64,000 nucleotides of DNA from Planctomycetota bacterium (GCA_965228735.1 OZ245838.1:6912001-6976000), one strand, 5' to 3'; counted from the stretch's first letter, positions 36,375 to 46,526 are shown. A program made the numbers and translations. The notes: a model not told the origin generated them from the sequence alone.

Positions 36375-38531
36375 TTACCGCCATACCGCGGTCCACTCGC
36401 GGACGTTCGCCGGGACGTCGAACGTGCGGCTGACCCCATCGCTCGTCAGCACGAGCGTCAACGCGCCGAGCGGCACCCGCTCGATGCTCGGCGCCGCGGT
36501 CGGTGAGCAACCCACCGAGTATTCGCGGCCCTGCGCGTCGCTGCACCGCGCGTCGGTGACCGGCACGTCGGTGCCCGCCGCGTCGACGACCCGGAGCTGC
36601 AAGGTGCGCGCGGGTTCGAGGCGGTAGAGGCCGTCGGGTTCCGGTTCCTGCCACGTGCGCGGCAGGTGCGTCGGATGCAGCAGCGTGAGTTCGCTGTTGG
36701 CCGCGAGCTGCAGGTCCAGGGTCGAGTCGGCGACCTTCGTCTCGCGCAGCATCGGCCACCAGCCCGACGTCTTGTACGTTGCGCCGTCGAGTCGGGCACC
36801 GTTCGACAGGCTCACGACCTGGCCGACGAAGCGCTTGACCGTCGGCGCGGGCAGTTCGGCGCGGGTGCGTCGGCCCGGCTGTAGCTGCACGCTCAGCTCG
36901 ATGCCCGTGTCGGCGCCGGATCCGTCCTGCACCTTCAGGTGAACGGTGCTGCTCGGGCGGAGCATGCCGATCAGTTCGAGCTCGCGATCGGCGGCGAGTT
37001 CGAAGGACTGGGAGTAGGTCGAGCCCCGCGGTGCGATCACGACGTCGTCGTCGTTGCCGCCGACGCCGAACCCGGACCAGCTCGAGGCGGTGCCGCTCGA
37101 CGGGTCCGAGCACCAGAGACCCAGGTAGTGTTCTCGGAGCGCGCTGCTCGTCGCCGGTTGGAACTCACCGCGGAGCTCGACCTGGCATCCCGGCAGAGCT
37201 CGGGCGGCGGCCCGGCCGTCGATCACGAGTCCGGTTGCGGTCCGCAGCGTGATCACCGGATCGCGCTGCAGCTCGGCGGGCGTGACCTCCGCGTAGTCGT
37301 AGCTCTTCGCGACGACCTCGACCGACCCCGCGAGCGCGGGCTGGATCCACGCTTGGCCGCGTTCGTCCGTGACGCCGAGCAGGTCGTTCCATACGGCGAG
37401 CATCGCGCCGGCGACGGGCATGCCGCTCTCGTTCTGGACTGTGACCCGGAGCCGGCCGCGGCCGATCTCGAGGCGCAGATCCTCGTCACCGCCGCGCAGG
37501 ATGACGCGCTTCGCCGCCGCGACGAGGACGGGTCCCTCGTCGGCGATCGTGGTCCCGCGTCCGACGACGCGGGCGTCCACGCGGCGCGCACCGCCGACCA
37601 ACGGGATCACCTCGGTCACGCCGAGTCTGGCTGGCACGTCGACGACGTCGATCGAACCGCCGCGCTTCTCGAACTGCTCGACGTGGAGCCGCGCCGCTCT
37701 GGGCAGCGCACCGTCGACGAGCACGGGCGTGACGCGGAGCACCGGTGCGTCGCCGAGTTCGATGCGCGCGGTGAGGTTCGGCAGCGGGCTCTGCCACGTC
37801 TTGAGAACGTGGCCGTCCGGTCGGCGGAAGAGCAGTTCGCCGGCGTTGTCGAGCACGATGGCGTCGCCCGTCAGGCCACCGATCTCGAGCCGGCCGCCCC
37901 GGCAGTCCAGCGGCAGGTGGCGCGTCGAGAACGCCGGCTGGTGATCGATGGCAGCGGCCGGCAACGTGGCGGCACCGAGGTCGTCCCAGCCCGTGAAGGG
38001 GGGCCCCGTCACCTGCAGTCGCAGCCGGACCTCCGCGAGCCGGTCGTGCGGCGCGATCACGTCGGCGACGAAGACGGGGGGCGGCAGCTGCACGTGGACG
38101 AGTTCGCGGTCGTCGTTCCCACCGCCGCTGCGCCGCACCGCGTCGGGTCCGAACCGAACGGGCAGCCAGTTCTCCTTCCTGACCGCGACCTCGCGCCACG
38201 CCGTCGGGACCGGAGTGCCCTCCGTGTCACAGTGGATTGGCACGAGGCCGGCTGGCGTGCGCCAGCACAGGCGCGCCGCGGTCGGCCGACTGTTGGAATC
38301 CAGCACGCGGAGCAGCGGGCGCGCGGCGGCGGTGCGGGTTGGCGGATCGTGCGGGCGGTCCGGCGAAGGTCGCGCGGCGGCGTGGCCAGGCGCGTTACCT
38401 GGGGTCGCGGCCGTTCGCGGTTGCGCGGGGCCGGGGGCCGGCGCGGGCAACTCGTCTCGCGGCGACGAGCTCACCGCCAGCAGCAGCAATCCCACGGCGC
38501 AGAGCACCGCGACCAGAGCGACGCGATTCAC
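36375..38531 (-). CDS. Membrane-anchored protein with carboxypeptidase-regulatory-like beta repeats
   Basis: N-terminal TM, Pro-rich linker, repeated V.nesG.PVAGA...TDERG motifs. Confidence 0.65.
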   Translation of the reverse strand: MNRVALVAVLCAVGLLLLAVSSSPRDELPAPAPGPAQPRTAATPGNAPGHAAARPSPDRPHDPPTRTAAARPLLRVLDSNSRPTAARLCWRTPAGLVPIHCDTEGTPVPTAWREVAVRKENWLPVRFGPDAVRRSGGGNDDRELVHVQLPPPVFVADVIAPHDRLAEVRLRLQVTGPPFTGWDDLGAATLPAAAIDHQPAFSTRHLPLDCRGGRLEIGGLTGDAIVLDNAGELLFRRPDGHVLKTWQSPLPNLTARIELGDAPVLRVTPVLVDGALPRAARLHVEQFEKRGGSIDVVDVPARLGVTEVIPLVGGARRVDARVVGRGTTIADEGPVLVAAAKRVILRGGDEDLRLEIGRGRLRVTVQNESGMPVAGAMLAVWNDLLGVTDERGQAWIQPALAGSVEVVAKSYDYAEVTPAELQRDPVITLRTATGLVIDGRAAARALPGCQVELRGEFQPATSSALREHYLGLWCSDPSSGTASSWSGFGVGGNDDDVVIAPRGSTYSQSFELAADRELELIGMLRPSSTVHLKVQDGSGADTGIELSVQLQPGRRTRAELPAPTVKRFVGQVVSLSNGARLDGATYKTSGWWPMLRETKVADSTLDLQLAANSELTLLHPTHLPRTWQEPEPDGLYRLEPARTLQLRVVDAAGTDVPVTDARCSDAQGREYSVGCSPTAAPSIERVPLGALTLVLTSDGVSRTFDVPANVREWTAVWR

Positions 38532-38579
38532 ATGACCGATGATACCGCGCCTGGTCCGGCGCCGCGGGGAGCCGCGCGA

Positions 38580-39383
38580 CTAGGCGCCGTCGCCGAACAT
38601 CACGAGGATCGCTTCGGCCGGCTCGTCGTGCTCGTTCCACCATTCGTACGGTGTCATTGCGGGGATGAACACCATCTCGCCCTGCGCGACGGTCGTGGGT
38701 TGGCCGCCGACGGTGCCGCTGCACTCACCGCGGATCGCGATCACCATGACGGGGAAAGGCACGCGCATCGGCTGGCCGGGGCCGTTCTGCACGCGGTCGC
38801 CCTGCTCGAGCATCGACCACACCGTGCGCAGGCCCTTCTCGTAGTAGAAGATCGCGTTCTTCGCGCCGTGGGCCTCGCGCGTCAGCTTGGGGCCGAAGCG
38901 GACCTTCTCGGGAAACCCCCGGGTCCAGAAGTGGAACGACAGCGGGTTGACGTCGAACCGTTCGGCGTCGGGACTCCACTGCATGTCGAACGGCGCGGAA
39001 TCGCCGTAGAACTCCTTCGCGGCCGCGGTCAGGGCGCTGCACTCGCCGGCGTCGATCCTGGCCAGGGTCGCGGTGTCGGTGGTGTAGACGAACGCGGCGT
39101 CCGCCGGTTCTCGGCGATCGAGATCGACGCGCCAGCGGCCGTCGTCGTCCTGCCGACCATGCACGGTGACGAGCCAGGCGCCGCCGTTGTCGCCCGTGAC
39201 GCGCACGCCGAACGTGCGGGGCGTGCCGGCGGCAGGATCGGAACGGAAGTCCTCGACGTAGGTCCTCAGGATCCGCTCGGGATCGGTCGGCGGCGACGCA
39301 GCCGGGTCGGAGCGGCCCGGCAGGAGTGCGAAGGAGCCGGCGGTCAGGCCGGCGGACAGGAGGCAGAGGATCGGAGTACGCAC
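38580..39383 (-). CDS. Exported protein, SCP2-like plus cupin-like domains
   Basis: Signal-like start; TTDTATLARIDAG..SALTA is SCP2-like; IRGE...VGG....VAQGEMVFIPA..PYEWWN is cupin-like. Confidence 0.6.
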   Translation of the reverse strand: MRTPILCLLSAGLTAGSFALLPGRSDPAASPPTDPERILRTYVEDFRSDPAAGTPRTFGVRVTGDNGGAWLVTVHGRQDDDGRWRVDLDRREPADAAFVYTTDTATLARIDAGECSALTAAAKEFYGDSAPFDMQWSPDAERFDVNPLSFHFWTRGFPEKVRFGPKLTREAHGAKNAIFYYEKGLRTVWSMLEQGDRVQNGPGQPMRVPFPVMVIAIRGECSGTVGGQPTTVAQGEMVFIPAMTPYEWWNEHDEPAEAILVMFGDGA

Positions 39384-39567
39384 GGTTCGGTTCGGTTGGT
39401 CAGGGTCGGAGGAGGCGCGATGCGAGGTGCAGACGACGTTCGGCTGCAGCGGCATGCCAGCTAGTGCAAGATTGCTATAGCAGAAATGCTGTAGTTCGGC
39501 AACGGGCACGGGGCCGCGTGGACGGGGGGAGGCCGGCCGCGGGCGGCCGGGCGGCCGGGCCGCGGGG

Positions 39568-40221
39568 TCAGCGGATCGCGGAGTCTTCGGCCGCGAACGC
39601 CCGCAGCAGGGTCTCGCTCGGGTTGGTCGGCCGAACAGCGACGTAGCCCACGATTCCGGCCATGCCGGAGATCAGCACGGCGGCCTCGTCGAGTTGCAGC
39701 CGATACGCCCCGGCGGCCGCCGCGACCAGCGCGCCGGCCAACGCGAGGACCAGCGTGTTGCGGCGGCTCCACGGCGACACGGTGCGGCCCGGGCTGCCGC
39801 GGCGCCGGTCACGGACGACCCAGGTCAGGGCGCCGAGAAGGGTCGCGATCGTGACGACCGGTCCGAGCAACTCGATCGAGACGACGAGGTCGATCCCGGC
39901 GCACTCGGCGCGCCACGGTCCTTCCGCCACGGCCGCGGTCGTGGTCACCACGGCGAGCGTGGCGTGCCAGATCAGCAGCAGCCAGGAAAACGCGCGACCC
40001 GCTCCTCGCCAGCCGAGAGCCGCGATCGTCAGGCCGAGGCCGGTCGCGAGGAGCAGCACCCAGAGATCGCCGGTCGCGCCGACGCCGCCGAAGGGGCCGA
40101 TGCGCCACTCCGTCGCCGGCAGGCAGAGGCAGCGCAGGACCAGCGTGGCGCCGACCACCGGCAGCAGCCAGGTGATCGCGAGCACGACGCGCAGCAGCGG
40201 ATCCGGATACCACCTAAGCAC
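39568..40221 (-). CDS. Integral membrane protein
   Basis: About 6 hydrophobic helices; overlaps the PadR-family gene stop. Confidence 0.65.
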   Translation of the reverse strand: MLRWYPDPLLRVVLAITWLLPVVGATLVLRCLCLPATEWRIGPFGGVGATGDLWVLLLATGLGLTIAALGWRGAGRAFSWLLLIWHATLAVVTTTAAVAEGPWRAECAGIDLVVSIELLGPVVTIATLLGALTWVVRDRRRGSPGRTVSPWSRRNTLVLALAGALVAAAAGAYRLQLDEAAVLISGMAGIVGYVAVRPTNPSETLLRAFAAEDSAIR

Positions 40222-40765
40222 GGCGCGGCCTCCCGGCCCGCGTCAGCAGCCCGAGCTTCGCGATCGCCTCGTCGCACCACTCGACGCGCGCGCGCAGCGT
40301 CTTCAGGCCGAGGTCGAGGGCGAGGTTGCCGAGGAGATCGGCTTTCGGGTCGTCGTGCTCCACGGCCGAGCGGCGCGCTTCGTATTGCGCGAGTCGCGCG
40401 GCGAACCGTTCGCGCACCCGCTGCAGGAACGTGCGCGCCTCGGCGGGGTCGCGGGCGCGGCAGAGGAAGTGGATCTGGGCGAGTACCGACAGGCGTTCCT
40501 GGCCAACCTCCGGGTCGCTGTCCAGCCACTCGTCGAGCGTGCTCTGGCCCGCTCGGGTGCGCGAATAGACGCGGCGGTCCGGGCCCTTCTCCGACTTCTG
40601 AGGCTTGCTGCGCAGCAAGCCGTCCCGCTCGAGGCCGCGCAGGGTGCCGTAGATCTGGCTGCTCTCCGCGGCCCAGAGGTGACTCATCGAGTCGATCTTC
40701 TGCTTGAGGTCGTAGCCGCTCGCGGGGTTCTCCAGCAGACCGAGAAGCAGATAGCGCAGGCTCAT
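40214..40765 (-). CDS. PadR family transcriptional regulator
   Basis: MSLRYLLLGLL..PASGYDL, SQIYGTLRGLERDG, PDRRVYSRTRAG. Confidence 0.92.
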   Translation of the reverse strand: MSLRYLLLGLLENPASGYDLKQKIDSMSHLWAAESSQIYGTLRGLERDGLLRSKPQKSEKGPDRRVYSRTRAGQSTLDEWLDSDPEVGQERLSVLAQIHFLCRARDPAEARTFLQRVRERFAARLAQYEARRSAVEHDDPKADLLGNLALDLGLKTLRARVEWCDEAIAKLGLLTRAGRPRRA

Positions 40766-40835
40766 CCACAATCAGTATAGCGAATGTAGAATAGCTGGGC
40801 GAGCCCGGGGCCGGGGCAGGTCGTGCGATGCGCTC

Positions 40836-41945
40836 TCAGCTCGTCGCGCGGTGCAGGAACCGGTCGGTCATCCCGGCGATGTAGTCGCAGACCGTGCGCT
40901 CGACGCCGTCCGTCGAAAACCGCGCCCGGAAGCGTTCGGGCAGCGGTGACGGGTCCGCGCACCAGGCCGCGAACAGCCGCCGGATCCGGGCGGCGCCGTC
41001 GTTCATCACCGCGAGCACGCGGGCGCTGCGGTAGAAGCGGGTGCGCAAGAACTCGAGCACCTCCTGCGCGAGCACCGTGATCTCGTCGGAGTGGCGCAGG
41101 CGTGGCGTCGCGTCGCCCGGCTCGGCGGCGGCCGCCGCGAGGTCGCGGTCGGCGTGCTCCACGAGGTCGTGGATCAAGAGCGACGTGAACTCACTCACGA
41201 CGCGCAGTCGGTTGCTCGTCGCGGCGGCCTCGCGCGCGCGCGCCCAGAGCCGCAGTTCGCCGGCCTCGTCCTCGGTGAACAGGCCCGCACGCAGGCCGTC
41301 GTCGAGGTCGTGACTCAGGTAGGCGATCTTGTCGCAGAGGTCGACGAGCTGGGCCTCGATCGGCAGCGGCGGGCGCGGCGAGGTCGCGCGTTCGTGCCGC
41401 AGGTCGTCGCTCAGCGGAAAGCCGTCGGGCACGCGGCCCTTGAGCAGGCTCCGGCGCACGGCGTAGGTCAGGTTGAGGCCGTAGCCGTGGCCGTAGCGGC
41501 TGGCGAGCCGGTCGACGATACGCGCGCCCTGCGCGTTGTGGCGGAAGCCGCCGTGATCCTGCATCGCCTCGTCGAGCGCTTCCTCGCCGACGTGCCCGAA
41601 CGGCGGATGCCCGAGGTCGTGCGCCAGCGCGATCGCCTCGCTGAGGTCCTCGTTGAGGCGCAGCGCGCGCGCGACGCTGCGCGCCATCTGCGAGACCTCG
41701 AGCGAGTGCGTCATCCGGCTGCGGAAGTGGTCGCCCTCGAACGCGGCCATCACCTGCGTCTTGTGCTGCAGCCGGCGGAACGCGGAGCAGTGCAGGATCC
41801 GATCACGGTCGCGCTGGAAGACCGTGCGCAGCGGGTCCTCGCTCTCGTCGAGCCGCCGGCCGCCGGCGTTGCGGCTGGCCGTGGCGAACGGGCTCAGGCC
41901 GTGAAGCTCGCGGTCTTCCTGGTCCTCGCGGCGAAGCCAGACCAT
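40836..41945 (-). CDS. dgt: Deoxyguanosinetriphosphate triphosphohydrolase (dGTPase)
   Basis: RTVFQRDRDRILH..AFRRLQHKTQV, THSLEV, AHDLGHPPFGH, DYIAGMTD. Confidence 0.93.
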   Translation of the reverse strand: MVWLRREDQEDRELHGLSPFATASRNAGGRRLDESEDPLRTVFQRDRDRILHCSAFRRLQHKTQVMAAFEGDHFRSRMTHSLEVSQMARSVARALRLNEDLSEAIALAHDLGHPPFGHVGEEALDEAMQDHGGFRHNAQGARIVDRLASRYGHGYGLNLTYAVRRSLLKGRVPDGFPLSDDLRHERATSPRPPLPIEAQLVDLCDKIAYLSHDLDDGLRAGLFTEDEAGELRLWARAREAAATSNRLRVVSEFTSLLIHDLVEHADRDLAAAAAEPGDATPRLRHSDEITVLAQEVLEFLRTRFYRSARVLAVMNDGAARIRRLFAAWCADPSPLPERFRARFSTDGVERTVCDYIAGMTDRFLHRATS

Positions 41946-42055
41946 CTCAGTTCGCCTCCGGGCGCTCGCAAAGCGGGAGCCGCCGAGCGCAAGAGGCTCT
42001 ACCGTCGCTGCTTGGGTATGCCAGCAAAGCCGAATCCGGGCGTTCGACCCGGGCC

Positions 42056-42092
42056 AAAAGAAACGCCCGACAGGCCGTCGGCCTGCCGGGCG
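42056..42092 (-). terminator. Intrinsic terminator after tRNA-Glu
   Basis: Minus strand CGCCCGGCAGGCC-GAC-GGCCTGTCGGGCG followed by TTTCTTTT. Confidence 0.75.
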
Positions 42093-42094
42093 AG

Positions 42095-42170
42095 TGGTAC
42101 CCCCTAGGGGATTTGAACCCCTGTCGCATGGATGAGAACCATGAATCCTAGGCCACTAGACGAAGGGGGC
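42095..42170 (-). tRNA. tRNA-Glu (CTC)
   Basis: Reverse complement GCCCCCT...CATGG-TTCTCAT-CCATG...AGGGG-TTCAAAT-CCCCT-AGGGGGT-ACCA. Confidence 0.95.
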
Positions 42171-42365
42171 CTGTGCTGTCGGGTGAAGACAAGTACGGTG
42201 CGGGCTCGCTCGGGTCAAGTCGGCACCACCGGAATGGCGATCCCGGAATGTTCCCGAAGATCCCGCGTTGGACGGTGTCCGTGCGTATCGCCCGGATCCC
42301 GGATCTGATTCCTTCCTCTCTTCCCCCCGGGGCGCCGCGTGGCGCCCGCCAACCAGAGGACCTCT

Positions 42366-43412
42366 ATGCACTCCATTCTCGCGTCATTCCTCGGTCTCGC
42401 GCTGCTCGTCATGCCCGGCGGCGGCTGGCTCGGCGTCTACCTCGACGCCAGCGACGGCACGGCCAAGATCTCCGAAGTCGTACCCGATTCGCCGGCTCAG
42501 AAGGCCGGTCTGCGTTCCGGTGACGTCATCGTCGCCGTCGGCGACGAGAAGACGGCCACGACCGAAGACCTCATCAAGACGATCGGCGGCAAGGACCCCG
42601 GCGAACGGGTCAAGCTCAAGGTGAAGCGCGGGGACGGCCACACGATGGTCGTCGTCAAGCTCGGCAAGCGCCCGAGCGAGACCGCGGTTGCCGAGAGCGC
42701 GCCGCCGGTGGCGCGTCGCGGTGGTCGCCCGGGCGTCGCGGCCGTGGAGTCGCGCCCCAGCAAGGTGAGCAAGGCGAACAAGGCAAGCAAGGCGAGCAAG
42801 GCAAGCCAGCGGAGCAAGCCGCGCGGGCCGAGCACGATGCAAGAGCCGAGCAAGCCCGACGTGGCGAAGCCGACGGCCGCCCCGGAGCGCCCGAGCGTGT
42901 TCCTCGGCGTGCGCGTCGTCGAAGAGGACGGCCGTCTGCTGATCGACGGCGTGCTCGACGACAGCCCCGCCGCGAAGGCCGGGTTCCGCGAAGGAGACAC
43001 GTTCGCCGCGATCGGCCGTCGGCGCCTGCGCAGCCTGCGCGACCTCGATGCCGCGATCAAGACCCTGCGCGTCGGTCGGCCCGTGCCGGTCGCGCTCATG
43101 AATGGCGACGAACGTCGCAGCGTCGTTCTGAAGCCGGCTGCGGCGCGCGGCGCCGACGCGCCGGCGAAGGAGCACGAGCACGCCGAGGCCCACGACCACG
43201 GCGAAGGCCATGCCGCCCGCGAGCACGGGGAGCACGGCAAGGAGCACGGCGAGCGCGAAGGTCACGGGCGCAGCGAGAAGCACGAGCACGAGGCCGAACT
43301 CGAGCGCGAGATCGAGGCCATGCGGCAGGAGATCCGCAACGTGCGCAAGGAGCTCGAGCAGCTGCGCCGGCAGCTCCGGCGCGAGGGCGGCGGGCGCGGT
43401 CGCAAGGACTGA
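42366..43412 (+). CDS. Exported double-PDZ protein with His/Glu-rich tract and coiled coil
   Basis: GWLGV...VVPDSPAQKAGLRSGDVI and FLGV...DSPAAKAGFREGD. Confidence 0.85.
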   Translation: MHSILASFLGLALLVMPGGGWLGVYLDASDGTAKISEVVPDSPAQKAGLRSGDVIVAVGDEKTATTEDLIKTIGGKDPGERVKLKVKRGDGHTMVVVKLGKRPSETAVAESAPPVARRGGRPGVAAVESRPSKVSKANKASKASKASQRSKPRGPSTMQEPSKPDVAKPTAAPERPSVFLGVRVVEEDGRLLIDGVLDDSPAAKAGFREGDTFAAIGRRRLRSLRDLDAAIKTLRVGRPVPVALMNGDERRSVVLKPAAARGADAPAKEHEHAEAHDHGEGHAAREHGEHGKEHGEREGHGRSEKHEHEAELEREIEAMRQEIRNVRKELEQLRRQLRREGGGRGRKD

Positions 43413-43582
43413 ATCCAGCTCGCGACCGCAGGGCCCGGGCCGCGGTCACCCGACCGCGGCCCGGGTCCGGCACGTACGGCCACAAGTCCGGGAATAGACC
43501 GGCGCTTCGGTCGTCCGATCCGGCGCGATTGTGGCGGTCCGCAGTGGACGCGCGCCCGGTCGCGACCGAGGATTTCGTGCCG

Positions 43583-44614
43583 ATGACCCGCCCGCCGTTG
43601 CCCGATCGCCCCGCCGAGCCGCTGCTGCGGCCCGCGGACCGGGGCGGGCTCGTGGTCGTCACCGGGGGCGCGGGTTTCATCGGCTCTCATCTCGTCGACG
43701 AGTTGCTGGCGCGCGGCTTCCGGGTTCGGGTGGTCGACGACCTGTCGACGGGGCGGCGCGACAACCTCACGGCAGCGATCGCGGCCGGCTCCGAGCTCGT
43801 GGTCGGGTCGATCGCCGATCGCGCCACGGCCGAACGCGCGTTGGCCGACGCCGCGATGGTGTTCCATCTCGCCGGCGTCGTCGGAGTGCGGCTGCTCGCC
43901 GAGCAGCCGCTGGCCGTGATGGAGCGCAACCTCGACGGCACGCGGACGCTCCTCGCGGCCGCGGCGCGCGCGGGGGTCCCCGTCCTGTTCACGTCGAGCT
44001 CCGAGGTCTACGGCGACGGACCGGTGCCGTTCTGCGAACGCACCACCGTGCGACCCGGCGTCACCGAGGGCCGGCGCGGCGGCTACGCGTGCGCGAAGGC
44101 GATGAGCGAGTGGCTCGCGTTCGGCCACGGCGAGCAGGCGGATCTGCCCGTCGTCGTCGCACGGCTGTTCAACACCGTCGGGCCGCGGCAGACCGGCGAG
44201 CACGGCATGGTGCTGCCGCGATTCGTGCAGCAGGCGGTCGCGGGCGAGCCGATCACGGTCTACGGCTCGGGCGATCAGACGCGCTGCTTCGCGCATGTCG
44301 GTGAGGTCGCGCGCGCGCTCGCCGATCTCGCCGCGGCGCCGGGCTGTCGCGGGCGCGTGTTCAACGTCGGCGCCGCCGTCGAGACGACGGTGCTCGAACT
44401 CGCCGAACTCGTGCGTCGGGTGGCCGGCAGCAGTTCCGAGATCGCGCGCGTGCCGTTCCATCGCGTGTTCCCGCAGGGCTTCGTCGATCCGCCGCGCCGC
44501 GTGCCGAGTCTCGACCGGCTCGAACGCGCGATCGGCTGGGCGCCGGCGCGGGAACTCGAGTCGATCGTCGCCGAACTCGTCGAACTCGCGCGCCACGCGC
44601 CGTTGCTGGGCTGA
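43583..44614 (+). CDS. NAD-dependent nucleotide-sugar epimerase/dehydratase
   Basis: TGGAGFIGSHL, SSSEVYG, YACAK, RLFNTVGPRQ. Confidence 0.93.
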   Translation: MTRPPLPDRPAEPLLRPADRGGLVVVTGGAGFIGSHLVDELLARGFRVRVVDDLSTGRRDNLTAAIAAGSELVVGSIADRATAERALADAAMVFHLAGVVGVRLLAEQPLAVMERNLDGTRTLLAAAARAGVPVLFTSSSEVYGDGPVPFCERTTVRPGVTEGRRGGYACAKAMSEWLAFGHGEQADLPVVVARLFNTVGPRQTGEHGMVLPRFVQQAVAGEPITVYGSGDQTRCFAHVGEVARALADLAAAPGCRGRVFNVGAAVETTVLELAELVRRVAGSSSEIARVPFHRVFPQGFVDPPRRVPSLDRLERAIGWAPARELESIVAELVELARHAPLLG

Positions 44615-44654
44615 GGCCGGACGGCCGCCCGGGGCGGGCAGCGAGTCGGGGCCG

Positions 44655-46040
44655 TCAGACCCCGGCGGGATGCCGCTGCCGGAACGCGGCGAGGTTCTGC
44701 CGCGGGACCGGGTGTTCGGGCAGCAGCACGCAAGCGCGCTCGAACAGCTCGGCCGCGCGTTCGTAGTGGCCCGCCTGCATCTCGCAGATCGCGAGGTTGG
44801 TGTGGGCGAGCGCGTGGTCGTGCTCCATCGCGGTCCGGAACGACTCGGTCGCGGCCTCGAGCTTGCCGTCCGCGAGCAGACACGAACCGAGCCAGTTGTG
44901 CAGTTCGCCGCTTCCGGGATCGAGCGCCAGCGCGTCGCGGAAGCTCTCGGCCGCGGCCGCGGTGCGGCCCTTCCCGTAGAGGTGTTCGCCGATCCGGCAC
45001 AAGGTGTTCGCGAGCGCGTCGGGCGCGAGGGCGCAATGGGTGCTGGCCCATTGCAGCTGCGCGCCGGCGCCAGCCTCGTCACCGCCGGCAAGTCGCGCGA
45101 CGGCGAGTTCGAGCGCGGCGTCGCTGTGGCGCGGGCAGCGGTGCAGCAGGCGCTCCAGGTGTTCGATCGCGCGGACGTGGTCGCCGCACTCATTGTGGAA
45201 CCGACCGAGGTACCAATCGCCGTCCGGCCAGTGGGGCCAAACGCTGCGCGCGTTCGCGCTCGCCGCGGCCGCGCCGGCGTGGTCGCCGCGGATCTGTGCG
45301 AGGACCGCCTGGCCGGCGGGGTCGTGCTCCCACTTGCTCGCGAACTGCGCGAGCCGTTGTTGCAGCTCCGACGCGAGGTCGAGGCCGAGCGCCTTGAACG
45401 TAGCGTGCCCTTCGTGGTGCAGGAACGCGCGCCGCGCGATCACGAGCCGGTGACCGAGCAGTCGCAACCGCAGGCAGAAGTCGTCGTCCTCGAAGTTGCC
45501 GTTGCCGAACCGCTCGTCGAACTCGCCGACCTCGGCCAGCGTCTCGCGCCGCAGCATGAGGCACAACCCGGCGAGCGTGTCGACGTCCTGTACCTCGCAC
45601 GGCTCGTCCGCGAGTGCGTCGCGCACCTCGGCGCGCACGGAGGCTGCGTCCGTGCCGCTCACGGGCAACTGCGCCGGCCCCTTCACGAAGTTGCTCATGG
45701 GTGCGACGGCCCCGATCGCGGCATCGCTGGTCAGCACGCGATGCTGTTCCTGGAGCATGTTCTCGGCGGCCTGCGTGTCGTTGTTGAGCACGAGCACGAA
45801 CGGCAACCGCGCGGCTCGCAACCCGACGTTCACCCCGCCGGCGAACCCCAGGTTCTGCTCCTGGCGCAGCACCCGAATCACCGGCGACATCGCCGCGAGC
45901 TCCGCCGTCCCATCCGAACTCGCGTTGTCGACGAGCAACACCTCGAGCTCCTCGACCCCGCGCTGCTCCAACAGGCTCGCCAAACACGCCCGGGTCAACT
46001 CCACACCGCCATGGCAAGGAATGACCACCGAACAACGCAT
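44655..46040 (-). CDS. GT2 glycosyltransferase with C-terminal TPRs
   Basis: SVVIP, VDNASSDGT, NLGFAGGVN.G, LNND, FDERF..GNFEDDD. Confidence 0.92.
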   Translation of the reverse strand: MRCSVVIPCHGGVELTRACLASLLEQRGVEELEVLLVDNASSDGTAELAAMSPVIRVLRQEQNLGFAGGVNVGLRAARLPFVLVLNNDTQAAENMLQEQHRVLTSDAAIGAVAPMSNFVKGPAQLPVSGTDAASVRAEVRDALADEPCEVQDVDTLAGLCLMLRRETLAEVGEFDERFGNGNFEDDDFCLRLRLLGHRLVIARRAFLHHEGHATFKALGLDLASELQQRLAQFASKWEHDPAGQAVLAQIRGDHAGAAAASANARSVWPHWPDGDWYLGRFHNECGDHVRAIEHLERLLHRCPRHSDAALELAVARLAGGDEAGAGAQLQWASTHCALAPDALANTLCRIGEHLYGKGRTAAAAESFRDALALDPGSGELHNWLGSCLLADGKLEAATESFRTAMEHDHALAHTNLAICEMQAGHYERAAELFERACVLLPEHPVPRQNLAAFRQRHPAGV

Positions 46041-46116
46041 GTCAGAGGCATCGACACTTCCCGACCGCCAACCCGAAGAAAACCGCACCGGACCAGCCCA
46101 TCGAGCCCACCGGATA

Positions 46117-46271
46117 CTGATGTCCTGAGTGTGGATTCTCCGGATCGCGCCGCGCGCAAGAGCCGGTCGGTCGCGCTCTTGCAGTGGCGGGTCTCAGTCG
46201 GGACGGACAAGTCTCCGGGATTGCATTGCAGGCAACGAGTTACGGTTGTTCGACCACACGCAAGGCATCAG
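46117..46271. repeat. MITE-like element, copy B (CTGATG...CATCAG ends)
   Basis: CTGATGTCCTGAGTGTGG ... CCACACGCAAGGCATCAG; ends shared with 60548-60693. Confidence 0.55.
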
Positions 46272-46384
46272 CTCCGGGTGGGGTTGCGCTGCCGTTCCCC
46301 TGGCCCCCGCGTCCGGCCCCAAAGGCCTCCGAACCCCCTCGCGCGTTCCGCAGCCGGAGCCGTCAGGGAACCGGCCTACGCCGC

Positions 46385-46438
46385 CCTAGGCACCGACCAG
46401 CTGCGCGCAGCGCAAGAGAACCACTCGGTGCCTAGGCA
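46385..46438. repeat. REP-like inverted repeat
   Basis: CCTAGGCACCGA (46385-46396) / TCGGTGCCTAGG (46425-46436); 46419-46438 is a direct repeat of 46497-46516. Confidence 0.65.
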
Positions 46439-46490
46439 GTCCGCCGTAGCCGCGTGAATCATCGGCCCAGCCACCGACCCGAGGCCGCAT

Positions 46491-46526
46491 AAAAAAAACC
46501 ACTCGGTGCCTAGGCACCGAGTGGTT
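46491..46526 (-). terminator. Intrinsic terminator built on a perfect 30-bp palindrome
   Basis: AACCACTCGGTGCCT|AGGCACCGAGTGGTT (46497-46526) with a T8 run on the minus strand (46491-46498). Confidence 0.75.
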
